The notes under the pieces: model-generated
What the model was told of the DNA's origin: nothing
Seen by the model: only the letters and a program-made list of their open reading frames with translations
Database searches by the model: none
NCBI GenBank assembly: GCA_041158545.1
Contig: JBEBBF010000234.1
Span: forward strand, 1-31,592
Direction: 5' to 3'
Origin: Pseudomonadota bacterium
Lineage (GTDB): Bacteria; Pseudomonadota; Gammaproteobacteria; Burkholderiales; Rhodocyclaceae
DNA: 31,592 bases
Part shown: positions 1 through 7,880 of the stretch, piece after piece
How the letters are laid out: each line of letters starts with the position of its first letter
Position numbering within the stretch: position 1 is the stretch's first letter
Program-made: the position numbers and the translations under genes

Positions 1-1536
1 CGCGAGTTGCCAGTCGCCGATCCGGGTGCTGCCCTGCAGTTCCCAGCCGTCGATTTCCGCCTTGCCGACATTGCTTGGGGTCCAGAAGAAAGGATTGGCG
101 GTCGGTGCCCACTGGATCAGATCCTTGATCTCGTTCTTGAACCAGGTCAGCTTCAGCAGGTTGCGGCCATCGTCGTAGCGGGCGGCCAGTTCGGTGTTTT
201 TCGAGGTTTCCGGCTTCAGCGCGGCGTTGCCCTGGCCAAAGCCATCGTTCGGGTAGTACAGATCATTGAAGGTGGGCGCCTTGAACGCGGTGCCGATACT
301 GCCGGAAAGGCGCCACAGCGGCGTCAGCCGGAAGCCGTAGCCGGCGGTGTAGGTGGTTTTTTCACCGAACTGGGAGTTGTTGTCGTGGCGGGTGTTGAGC
401 TGCCAGGTGTGGGCATCGATTTGCCCGTTCCAGCCCAGCGAGGCGGAATTGATGGTGCGGGCGCTGGTGGCGTAACTCTGGGTGCCGCCGACCCGCTGCC
501 CCAGGTGTTCCAGCAAGACCAGGGCGTTGCCCAGCGGCAGCTTCACGTCGTTCTGCCAGGCGACCTGGTCCTGGTTGGTGGTGAATTTCTGCGGCGGCTG
601 GCCGAGCGTGGTCGGCAGGTTCTGCTCGGAGATGTTCTGGCTCTGGCCGAATTGCAGCTGGCTGGTCCAGCTGTCGCTGAAACGGCTGCGGGCGAAAACG
701 CTGGAGCGGGTGATCTTGTCCTGGTTCTTGTAGTCGAGGTTGGCGCTGGAGTAGGTGAAGAAATTCGGGTCGTACAGCGCGTTGTCGATCCGGGTCCGGC
801 TGTGGCTTTCCAGGTGGGAGGCGCCGATTTCGCTGTCGGGGTTGAGCTGGTAGCGCAGGTCCAGGCTGCCGTTGCGGTTATTGGTGCCGTCCTTGTCGCT
901 GTTGTAGAACGGGTTGCCGGTGCTGGTCAGGCTGTTGATGCCGTCGCTGCCGCTGAAACCGACGCGGGCCGATACACGCAGGCGATCCAGGGTCTGGGCG
1001 GTGGACAGGGCGGCTTCGTAGCTGCCCCGGTTGCCGTAGCCCAGGCTGACGGTGCTGCCCGGCTGTTCGCGGCGGGTGATGATGTTGATGACGCCGCCGA
1101 TGGCGTCGGAGCCGTAGATCGACGAGGCCGGGCCGCGGACGATTTCGATCCGGCTGATCTGGTTCAGCGGGATCATTTCCAGCGGCGAGGTGCCCAGGGT
1201 GGCGGAGCCGAAACGGACGCCGTCGATCAGCATCAGCGTGTGGCTGGATTCCGTGCCGCGGATGTAAAGGCTCTCGGCGGCGCCGCGGGAGCCGGTCCGG
1301 GAAAATTCGATCCCGGCCACCCGGCCGAGCAGTTCGCCCAGGGTGCTGGCCGAGGAACGTTCGATGTGTTCCTGCTCCAGCACGGTGACGTCGGCAATGG
1401 TTTCGGAGATGCGCTGGGCCTGGCGGGTGGCGGTGACCACCACCGGGTCAAGTTCCTTGTTCTGGGCAAGAACGGGGTTGGCGAAAAGGGGGGCAAGGGC
1501 GGCGGCCAGCAAGGCCGGACGGAAATGCGGAGTCAT
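1..1536 (-). CDS. btuB: TonB-dependent cobalamin receptor BtuB; 3' end runs off the window
   Basis: Minus-strand reading from ATG at 1536 gives MTPHFRPALLAAALAPLFANPVLAQNKELDPVVVTATRQAQR..., with a signal peptide, TonB-box-like DPVVVTATR and a plug segment (GPASSIYGSDAIGGVINIIT). SD-like AGGGAG upstream, directly behind a cobalamin riboswitch. Absent from the ORF track because there is no stop in the window. Confidence 0.9.
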   Translation of the reverse strand, partial: MTPHFRPALLAAALAPLFANPVLAQNKELDPVVVTATRQAQRISETIADVTVLEQEHIERSSASTLGELLGRVAGIEFSRTGSRGAAESLYIRGTESSHTLMLIDGVRFGSATLGTSPLEMIPLNQISRIEIVRGPASSIYGSDAIGGVINIITRREQPGSTVSLGYGNRGSYEAALSTAQTLDRLRVSARVGFSGSDGINSLTSTGNPFYNSDKDGTNNRNGSLDLRYQLNPDSEIGASHLESHSRTRIDNALYDPNFFTYSSANLDYKNQDKITRSSVFARSRFSDSWTSQLQFGQSQNISEQNLPTTLGQPPQKFTTNQDQVAWQNDVKLPLGNALVLLEHLGQRVGGTQSYATSARTINSASLGWNGQIDAHTWQLNTRHDNNSQFGEKTTYTAGYGFRLTPLWRLSGSIGTAFKAPTFNDLYYPNDGFGQGNAALKPETSKNTELAARYDDGRNLLKLTWFKNEIKDLIQWAPTANPFFWTPSNVGKAEIDGWELQGSTRIGDWQLA

Positions 1537-1669
1537 GTTTTCTCCCTGCGCCGGCAAGCGTCCCCGCAAGCCGGCAATCGTTGAAGGCGATGTTGTCGCA
1601 GGGGGGAGGTGTGAGGGACCGGTTGCGCAGTCCGCTGCTGCCGTTACCCCGCGGCACATCAGTGGCTCA

Positions 1670-1850
1670 GTGAAGGCCGGTATCCGGGCTCGCAAGTCTT
1701 GATGCGCCGCCTTCCCAGGTCCTGACCCAGTGGCGTTGTGGCGTATCCGCACTTGCTTACCGTTGCGGGGGCAGCAGCGGCTTGGTTCCTTCGAACGCAC
1801 CGCTTTCCCGTTTAACTGCGCCATCGGAGGATGGACGCAGCACCATTCAC
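1670..1850 (-). promoter_or_regulatory. Cobalamin (AdoCbl-class) riboswitch aptamer
   Basis: Minus strand has GGTGC...AAACGGGAAAGCGGTG...AAGCCGCTGCTGCCCCCGCAACGGTAAG...GCCACTGG...CTGGGAAGGC...GAGCCCGGATACCGGCC, the conserved B12-element segments, upstream of btuB. Confidence 0.95.
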
Positions 1851-1880
1851 TTTTTTCGCTCTCGTTTGAAAGCGGCCGGA

Positions 1881-1910
1881 ATTGTACAGAAAGCCGGTTC
1901 GAGGTGTCGG
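1881..1910 (-). promoter_or_regulatory. Candidate sigma70 promoter for the riboswitch-btuB transcript
   Basis: TACAAT (1886-1881, minus) about 30 nt upstream of the aptamer; weak -35 CCGACA at 18-nt spacing. Confidence 0.4.
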
Positions 1911-1962
1911 GAAATTTGCGCTGTGGAACTCATGAAAAACCTTCAGAATCTGCGCTTATTCC

Positions 1963-1992
1963 TTGACCAAGCAGGATTTTTTCCTCTATAGT
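1963..1992 (+). promoter_or_regulatory. Sigma70 promoter for zapB-zapA
   Basis: TTGACC (1963-1968), 18-nt spacer, TATAGT (1987-1992), ending 7 nt before the ATG at 2000. Confidence 0.65.
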
Positions 1993-1999
1993 TCGCGGC

Positions 2000-2200
2000 A
2001 TGGATATGGAATTGAACACCCTGGAAGCCCGAATCGATCAGGCCGTTAACCTGATCGCCGCCTTGCGTGCCGAGAATTCAGCCCTGCGGGCGCAGCTGGC
2101 CGCCGGGGAATCGGAAAGTCGGGAACTGCGTCAGAAGATCAATGTTGCCCGTGAGCGCCTGGAAGGCCTGCTCGAACGCCTGCCTGAGGATCAAGCCTGA
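2000..2200 (+). CDS. zapB: Short coiled-coil cell division protein, ZapB/TIGR02449-like
   Basis: 66-aa all-heptad protein (LEARIDQAVNLIAALRAENSALRAQL); its stop overlaps the zapA start (TGATG); typical position before zapA. Confidence 0.75.
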   Translation: MDMELNTLEARIDQAVNLIAALRAENSALRAQLAAGESESRELRQKINVARERLEGLLERLPEDQA

Positions 2201-2505
2201 TGAACGGGATCGCCGGCTACGTTGATATCAAGCTCATGGGGCGGGAATTCCGCATTGCCTGCCCGCCCGAGCAAAAGGAAGAACTGTTCCAGGCCGTGGC
2301 CCTGCTGGATGGCAAGATGCAGGAGTTGCTGAACAAAACCCGGACCGCCCAGGTGGACAAAGTGGCGGTCATGGCCGCGCTGAATATCGCCCACGACCTG
2401 ATCACGCTGCAGAAGCAACCGAGTTTTGACAGCAGCGGCGCGAAGCGTAGAATCGAAGACATGGGAGCGCGACTGGCTGTCGCGCTGGATGCCCCGGCCA
2501 ACTGA
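2200..2505 (+). CDS. zapA: Cell division protein ZapA
   Basis: 101 aa; DIKLMGREFRIACPPEQKEEL...VAVMAALNIAHDL is the ZapA pattern; located just upstream of 6S RNA. Confidence 0.9.
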   Translation: MNGIAGYVDIKLMGREFRIACPPEQKEELFQAVALLDGKMQELLNKTRTAQVDKVAVMAALNIAHDLITLQKQPSFDSSGAKRRIEDMGARLAVALDAPAN

Positions 2506-2534
2506 GGTTCAAGTCGGCTCGGGCGCTGCAAAGA

Positions 2535-2715
2535 GCGTTCCCTGCGGTGTTCGCCAAGGTCATATATTCCTTGAACCAATGCTGATTGGCATCGGTCGCC
2601 GACCAAAGTTTCTGCTGTTGTGCATGCTCCTTGTGGGCGTACCTGATGCGGAACGGAAAGCGGCCACTCTGAACTCCGGTTCAGGATGCCGGCCTAGCGG
2701 CACTCGCGGGGGCCT
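2535..2715 (+). ncRNA. ssrS: 6S RNA
   Basis: CCCTGCGGTGTTCGCC (about 2540-2555) can pair with GGCCTAGCGGCACTCGCGGGGG (2691-2712). Has CCTTGAACC and TGAAC-TCCG-GTTCA elements. About 180 nt, immediately after zapA. Ends approximate. Confidence 0.88.
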
Positions 2716-2720
2716 TACAA

Positions 2721-2760
2721 CACGAAGCCGGTGACGATTGCGTCACCGGCTTCGTGCTTT
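2721..2760. terminator. Probable bidirectional intrinsic terminator
   Basis: Perfect 16-bp stem CACGAAGCCGGTGACG / ATTG loop / CGTCACCGGCTTCGTG followed by CTTT, between convergent 6S RNA and the 2771-3802 gene. Confidence 0.8.
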
Positions 2761-2770
2761 CTGCGGCCGC

Positions 2771-3802
2771 TTAGCGGCTGCTGGCCAGATCCACCTGTTG
2801 CACGCTGTGGGCTTCGCCGTTTTCAGCGAGCCAGAGCCCGGTCTGGCTGACTTCACCGCGGAGCCGGCCCTGCTCCTGCAGCTGGAAGGGGCTGGCAATG
2901 GCCGCGACGGAGATTGCGCCGACGCCGGCTTCGCCCAGGCTCTGCAGCCGGCCGCCGTGCGGGTCGGGGAACCACAGCGCGAGGCGGGAGAAGTCCCGGT
3001 CGCCGCTGTCGATCCAGCCATTGTGGTCGCTGTCCCAGGCGGCCAGGTCGGCAAAGCCGTTGCCGGAGCGGGTACCGAACAGTTCGCCGCCGTTGCTGAT
3101 CCGGTTGTCGCCATTCCGGTCAAAGGCGAGGAAGGCGTGGCCGGCGGCCAGCAGCGGGATGTTTTCCAGCTGCCCGTTGCCATCCAGATCGAAGCTCATG
3201 CTCTGGCCGGCGAGCAGCCGGGCCGGGCCGTTGAAGTTGATCACCAGCGGGTCGCGCAGGTCGGCGCCACTGATGCCGGCGGCCAGATCTTCGCTGCGGC
3301 TCATCCGGGTCATCGTCAGTTCCAGGTTGAACACCAGATCCTTGCCGTCGGCGGTATGGACATGGCCGCGAGCCGTGACTTCGGTGTTTTCCCATTCCTG
3401 GCGGCTGTCCTGCAGGATCGCCAGATGGCTGTCGTTGCCGGAATCGGTTTGCCGCTGCAGCAGACCGCTGATCTTGTCGCCCAGCGAGCAGGTGTCGGCG
3501 CAGCCGTGGGCTTGCCGGGTCAAGCTGCGCTGCAGTGCGCTCAGCAGTTCGCGGAACAGGGCGTCGAGTTTTTGCCGGGTATTGCCGTCATCCTGTCCGG
3601 CAAGGTTTGCCTGCCAGTGGGCGTGACTCAGGTTTTTCAGGGAGGCCTCGGCCGCAACCGGGCTCATCGGCGTCGGCGTCGGTGTGGCCGTGTGTTGCTG
3701 CAACAGGCGGGCAAAACGGTCGGAATCGGCCAGGGTGGTGCTGCGGCTTTGTTCGAGTTTGTGGTCGCTGTGCAGCGCGAGTTCGGAGAAGTCGATGCGC
3801 AT
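2771..3802 (-). CDS. Hypothetical Ca-binding protein (343 aa), C-terminal half resembling an FrpC-type self-processing module
   Basis: Likely start ATG 3802 (MRIDFSELAL...) after SD-like AAGGGG. Contains RDPLVINFNG, FDLDGNG, FDRNGDNRISNGGELFG and WDSDHNGWIDSGD. The longer 623-aa ORF in the track is an artefactual upstream extension. Confidence 0.8.
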   Translation of the reverse strand: MRIDFSELALHSDHKLEQSRSTTLADSDRFARLLQQHTATPTPTPMSPVAAEASLKNLSHAHWQANLAGQDDGNTRQKLDALFRELLSALQRSLTRQAHGCADTCSLGDKISGLLQRQTDSGNDSHLAILQDSRQEWENTEVTARGHVHTADGKDLVFNLELTMTRMSRSEDLAAGISGADLRDPLVINFNGPARLLAGQSMSFDLDGNGQLENIPLLAAGHAFLAFDRNGDNRISNGGELFGTRSGNGFADLAAWDSDHNGWIDSGDRDFSRLALWFPDPHGGRLQSLGEAGVGAISVAAIASPFQLQEQGRLRGEVSQTGLWLAENGEAHSVQQVDLASSR

Positions 3803-3874
3803 GATGTTGCCCCTTGCTGGGTCGGTGTACCCGAATCCAGCAAGCTCCGTACCACGGGCGATGCCCGGCTTTCT

Positions 3875-3883
3875 TGCTACCAT
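3875..3883 (+). promoter_or_regulatory. Extended -10 promoter candidate for the TSUP gene
   Basis: TG-C-TACCAT 45 nt before the ATG at 3929. The same 11-mer TGCTACCATCC occurs upstream of lptM. Confidence 0.45.
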
Positions 3884-3928
3884 CCGCCCCCTGCCCGCCG
3901 TGGGCGGGAAGCAAGAAAGGATGCTGCG

Positions 3929-4732
3929 ATGACGATCTGGTGGCTGGCGTATCTCGGACTGGGAGCCTTTGCCGGCTTCATTGCCGGGCTGATGGGGATA
4001 GGTGGCGGGTCGGTGATGGTGCCGGCGCTGGTGATCCTGTTCACCGCCCAGGGTTTCTCCAGCGAGGAGGTGATGCACCTGGCGCTGGGCACCTCGATGG
4101 CGGCGATTTTCTTCACGTCGATTTCCAGCGTCCGCGCCCATCATGCCCACGGCGCGGTGGTCTGGCCCATCGTGGCCCGGATCACCCCCGGCATCCTGAT
4201 CGGCACCCTGCTGGGGACCGAGCTGGTCAGCCGGGTGCCGACCGGCACCCTGGCGCTGATCTTCACGATCTTCATCTGCTACGTGGCCGTGCAGATGATC
4301 ATCAACCTGAAACCGCAAGCCCACCGGGAAATGCCGGGAACGCTGGGCACCTCGCTGGTCGGCGCCTTCATCGGCGGCTTTTCCTGCCTGGTGGCGATTG
4401 GCGGCGGCGTGCTGTCGGTGCCCTTCATGACCTGGTGCAACGTCAAGATGCAGCACGCGATCGGTACGTCGTCGGCGATTGGTTTCCCCATCGCCGTCGG
4501 CGGCGCCCTGGGTTACATCTGGAAGGGTTGGGCGGTGGCGGGCCTGCCGGAGCACAGCCTCGGCTTCGTCTATCTGCCGGCGGTGATCGGGATGGTTATC
4601 GCCAGTGTGCTGACCGCGCCGATTGGCGCCCGGCTGACCCACAGCCTGCCGGTTCCGACGCTGAAGCGCATCTTCGCCGGCGTGTTGCTGGCGCTGGCCG
4701 GGAAGATGCTGTGGAACCTCTACGTCCGCTGA
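3929..4732 (+). CDS. Sulfite exporter TauE/SafE (TSUP) family membrane protein
   Basis: 267-aa hydrophobic protein with GFIAGLMGIGGG and a repeated GGFSCLVAIGGG half, plus AIGTSSA; SD AAGGA upstream. True start is internal to the 664-aa track ORF. Confidence 0.88.
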   Translation: MTIWWLAYLGLGAFAGFIAGLMGIGGGSVMVPALVILFTAQGFSSEEVMHLALGTSMAAIFFTSISSVRAHHAHGAVVWPIVARITPGILIGTLLGTELVSRVPTGTLALIFTIFICYVAVQMIINLKPQAHREMPGTLGTSLVGAFIGGFSCLVAIGGGVLSVPFMTWCNVKMQHAIGTSSAIGFPIAVGGALGYIWKGWAVAGLPEHSLGFVYLPAVIGMVIASVLTAPIGARLTHSLPVPTLKRIFAGVLLALAGKMLWNLYVR

Positions 4733-4744
4733 GCGCCCGTTGGC

Positions 4745-5524
4745 TCAGCAGCCCTTGAAGCGGGGCTTGCGCTTTGCGAGGAAGGCGGCAAGGCCTTCCT
4801 GATAATCCTCGGTGGCGAGGAAGGCGAAGGACGCCGCCTTTTCCTCGTCACTGAGCGGCCGGTTTTCCAGCAGCCGGCGTATCCACTGCTTGTGCCAGCC
4901 GGCGACCAGCGGCGCCCCATTGCAGATGCGGTGCGCCGTCGCCAGGGCTTCGTCTTCCAGCTGGGCATCCGGGACGATCCGCGTCACCAGGCCGCGGGCG
5001 GCGGCTTCGGTGGCGTTGAGGATGCGGCCTTCCAGCAGGATTTCCGCCAGCACCGCCGGCCCGGCCAGCCGCAGCAGACCTTCCATTTCGCCGGGGTACA
5101 TGGAAAAGCCCAGCCGGTTGATCGGGGCGCCAAAGCGGGCGGACTCATTACACAGGCGCAGGTCGCAGGAACCGGCGATTTCCAGGCCACCGCCGATGCA
5201 GGCGCCTTGGATCATCGCCACGGTCGGATGCGGGCAGCGGGCAATGGCCTCCAGCGCCGCCGCCACCTGGCCGTGGTAATGCAGCGCCTGCGCCAGCGTC
5301 GCCCGCTTGACGACGAATTCCTCCAGATCGCCCCCGGCGGCAAAGGCCTCGTTGCCGCTGCCGCGGATGATCACGCAGCGGACTTCCGGATCGCCGGCCA
5401 GCTCGCCGAATACCCTGGCCAGCTGTTCCCACATCGCCAGATTGATCGCGTTGAGCTTGTCGGGGTTGTGCAGGGTGACCGTGCAGATCGTGGCGTTACG
5501 CGCTGTGTAAATGCTTGCTTCCAT
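4745..5524 (-). CDS. Enoyl-CoA hydratase/isomerase (crotonase) family protein
   Basis: LHNPDKLNAI, AFAAGGDL, ACIGGGLEIA...CDLR and C-terminal DYQEGLAAFLAKRKPRFKG. Confidence 0.92.
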   Translation of the reverse strand: MEASIYTARNATICTVTLHNPDKLNAINLAMWEQLARVFGELAGDPEVRCVIIRGSGNEAFAAGGDLEEFVVKRATLAQALHYHGQVAAALEAIARCPHPTVAMIQGACIGGGLEIAGSCDLRLCNESARFGAPINRLGFSMYPGEMEGLLRLAGPAVLAEILLEGRILNATEAAARGLVTRIVPDAQLEDEALATAHRICNGAPLVAGWHKQWIRRLLENRPLSDEEKAASFAFLATEDYQEGLAAFLAKRKPRFKGC

Positions 5525-5654
5525 AAGAAAATCGCCTGAAATCAGTCTTGTATAAGATAAAATACCAAGGCTTTGCCCTGGTGGCTGACGGGGTGAGTCA
5601 GATCGTACCTCCGGTACGGACTTTTATAACAAACGCAGCAAGGGAGATCGCATC

Positions 5655-5975
5655 ATGAGTAGTGATGTCTATGCCCGGATTCGCAAGAATCCGAAATTCC
5701 AGGATCTGGTCCAACGGCGGGGGCGTTTTGCCTGGACGCTGGCCGCCATCGTCCTGACCCTGTTCTATGGTTTCGTCATGGTCGTGGCCTTCAACCCGAT
5801 GTCCCTCGGTACGCCGCTGGGCGAAGGTTCGATGTACACCTTTGGCGTCGTCACTGAATTCCTGTTGTTCGTGTTTTTCTGGCTGCTGACGGCTTTGTAT
5901 GTCCGCCGTGCGAACACCGAATTCGACGAACTGAACGCCCAGATCGTCCGCGAAGCCTGGAAGGAGGGCAAATAA
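5655..5975 (+). CDS. DUF485 family small membrane protein (YjcH-like)
   Basis: 106 aa with two TM segments, [11 protein letters not shown] and [10 protein letters not shown]; SD AGGGAG; stop overlaps the actP start. Confidence 0.9.
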   Translation: MSSDVYARIRKNPKFQDLVQRRGRFAWTLAAIVLTLFYGFVMVVAFNPMSLGTPLGEGSMYTFGVVTEFLLFVFFWLLTALYVRRANTEFDELNAQIVREAWKEGK

Positions 5976-7651
5976 TGGTTGCCAACATCAAGCGCGCCCT
6001 GCTGGCGCTCAATCTGCTCGCCGCCCAGGGTCTGGCCCTGGCAGGTCCGCCCCTTGAAGGCCAGGTGGAAAAGCAGGCCACCAACTGGCACGCCATCATC
6101 ATGTTCTGCCTCTTCGTCGCGATGACCATGGGCATTACCTACTGGGCCGCCAGCCGCACCAAGTCCACCTCCGACTTCTACACCGCCGGCGGCGGCATCA
6201 CCGGTTTCCAGAACGGCCTGGCCATTGCTGGTGACTACATGTCGGCAGCCACCCTGCTCGGTCTGACCGCTATGGTTTACGGCCAGGGCTACGACGGCTA
6301 CATCTACATGCTGGCCTTCTTCGCCGGCTGGCCGATCATCCTGTTCCTGATGGCCGAGCGCCTGCGTAACCTGGGCCGCTTCACCTTCTCCGACATCACC
6401 GCCTACCGCCTCGACCAGGGCAAGGTGCGGACCATGGCTGCGATTTCCTCGCTGACCGTCGTCTGCTTCTACCTGATTGCCCAGATGGTCGGTGCCGGTC
6501 AGCTGATCAAGCTGCTGTTCGGTCTGGAATACAACGTCGCGATCTTCGCGGTCGGCATCCTGATGATGGTCTACGTCACCTTCGGTGGCATGGTCGCCAC
6601 CACCTGGGTGCAGATCATCAAGGCCTGCATGCTGCTCGCCGGCGGCACGCTGGTGATGTTCCTGGCCTTCAGCGAATTCGGCTTCTCCTACCAGACCCTG
6701 CTGGAGAAGGCGACCGCCGTGCATAGGCTGAAGGACAAGCTGATGTACCCCGGCAGCCTGCTGGCCGACCCGGTGACCGCGATCTCCCTCGGCCTCGGTC
6801 TGATGTTTGGTACCGCCGGTCTGCCGCACATCCTGATGCGCTTCTTCACCGTCACCGACGCCAAGGAAGCCCGCAAGTCCGTGCTGTACGCCTCCGGCTT
6901 CGTCGCCTACTTCTTCAACGTCATCTTCCTGATGGGCCTGTGCGGCATCCTGATCGTCGGTCAGAACCCGGACTTCTTCGAAGGCGGCGAAATCGGCAAG
7001 AAGCTGATCGGCGGCGGCAACATGGTCGCGATGCACCTGGCCAAGGCCGTCGGCGGCAACATGCTGCTCGGCTTCCTGGCTGCCGTGGCCTTCGCCACGA
7101 TCCTGGCCGTGGTTTCCGGTCTGGCCCTGGCTGGCGCCTCCGCGATTTCCCATGACCTCTACGCCCGCGTGATCATGAAGGGCCAGGCCTCCGAGGCTTC
7201 CGAAATCCGCGTCTCCAAGATCGCCACGATCTGCCTGGGCTTTGTCGCGATCATCCTCGGCATCCTGTTCGAAAAGCAGAACATCGCCTTCATGGTCGGT
7301 CTGGCCTTCGGTGTAGCCGCCGCTGCCAACTTCCCGGTGCTGATCCTTTCCATGTACTGGAAGGGCCTGACCACCCGCGGCGCCCTGACGGGTGGCTACG
7401 GTGGTCTGATCTCCGCCGTGCTGTTCGTGCTGTTCTCCAAGTCCGTGTGGGTCGACGTGCTCGGCAACAAGGCCGCGCTGTTCCCCTACACCCAGCCGGC
7501 GCTGTTCGCGATGCCGATTGCCTTCCTGCTGGCCTACATCTTCTCCAAGACGGACTCCAGCGTCCGCGCCCAGGAGGAAATCGAAGCCTTCGAAGACCAA
7601 TACGTGCGCGCTCAAACCGGCTACGGCGCAGCCGGTGCCGCCAAGCACTAA
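5975..7651 (+). CDS. actP: Cation/acetate symporter ActP (solute:sodium symporter family)
   Basis: [26 protein letters not shown] and [13 protein letters not shown]; paired with DUF485. Substrate could be another monocarboxylate. Confidence 0.88.
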   Translation: MVANIKRALLALNLLAAQGLALAGPPLEGQVEKQATNWHAIIMFCLFVAMTMGITYWAASRTKSTSDFYTAGGGITGFQNGLAIAGDYMSAATLLGLTAMVYGQGYDGYIYMLAFFAGWPIILFLMAERLRNLGRFTFSDITAYRLDQGKVRTMAAISSLTVVCFYLIAQMVGAGQLIKLLFGLEYNVAIFAVGILMMVYVTFGGMVATTWVQIIKACMLLAGGTLVMFLAFSEFGFSYQTLLEKATAVHRLKDKLMYPGSLLADPVTAISLGLGLMFGTAGLPHILMRFFTVTDAKEARKSVLYASGFVAYFFNVIFLMGLCGILIVGQNPDFFEGGEIGKKLIGGGNMVAMHLAKAVGGNMLLGFLAAVAFATILAVVSGLALAGASAISHDLYARVIMKGQASEASEIRVSKIATICLGFVAIILGILFEKQNIAFMVGLAFGVAAAANFPVLILSMYWKGLTTRGALTGGYGGLISAVLFVLFSKSVWVDVLGNKAALFPYTQPALFAMPIAFLLAYIFSKTDSSVRAQEEIEAFEDQYVRAQTGYGAAGAAKH

Positions 7652-7668
7652 ACGGCTTGCGGTCTGCA

Positions 7669-7703
7669 ACGAAACACCCCGCTTCGGCGGGGTGTTTCGT
7701 TTC
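7669..7703 (+). terminator. Intrinsic terminator after actP
   Basis: 14-bp stem ACGAAACACCCCGC / TTCG / GCGGGGTGTTTCGT followed by TT. Confidence 0.85.
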
Positions 7704-7880
7704 CGGGGTCGGGTGGCGCGGCGAACGGCAGATTCGCGGCCATCCTTCCGGGCGGCAGTGCGACGGGGCGCGTCTGACCCGGCTGCTTCCGGCCTTGCCT
7801 GTGTCGGGGACTTGTAGCAGGATGCCCGGACTTCGACTGCACCCTGAATGCCCGCCCGGACGGGCTTATTTCCCTCTGCA

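Noticed and set aside
7-1584. 525-aa plus-strand ORF
   Set aside because: Antisense shadow of btuB; no family motifs.
3803-3870. Sigma28 promoter for the self-processing-module gene (ACCGACCC)
   Set aside because: Only the CCGA core matches and there is no TAAA -35, so flagellar co-regulation is unsupported.
2738-4732. 664-aa plus ORF and 623-aa minus ORF suggesting overlapping fusion proteins
   Set aside because: Each is a real gene (TSUP 3929-4732; hypothetical 2771-3802) extended by the stop-free antisense of the other; both have their own SD and start.
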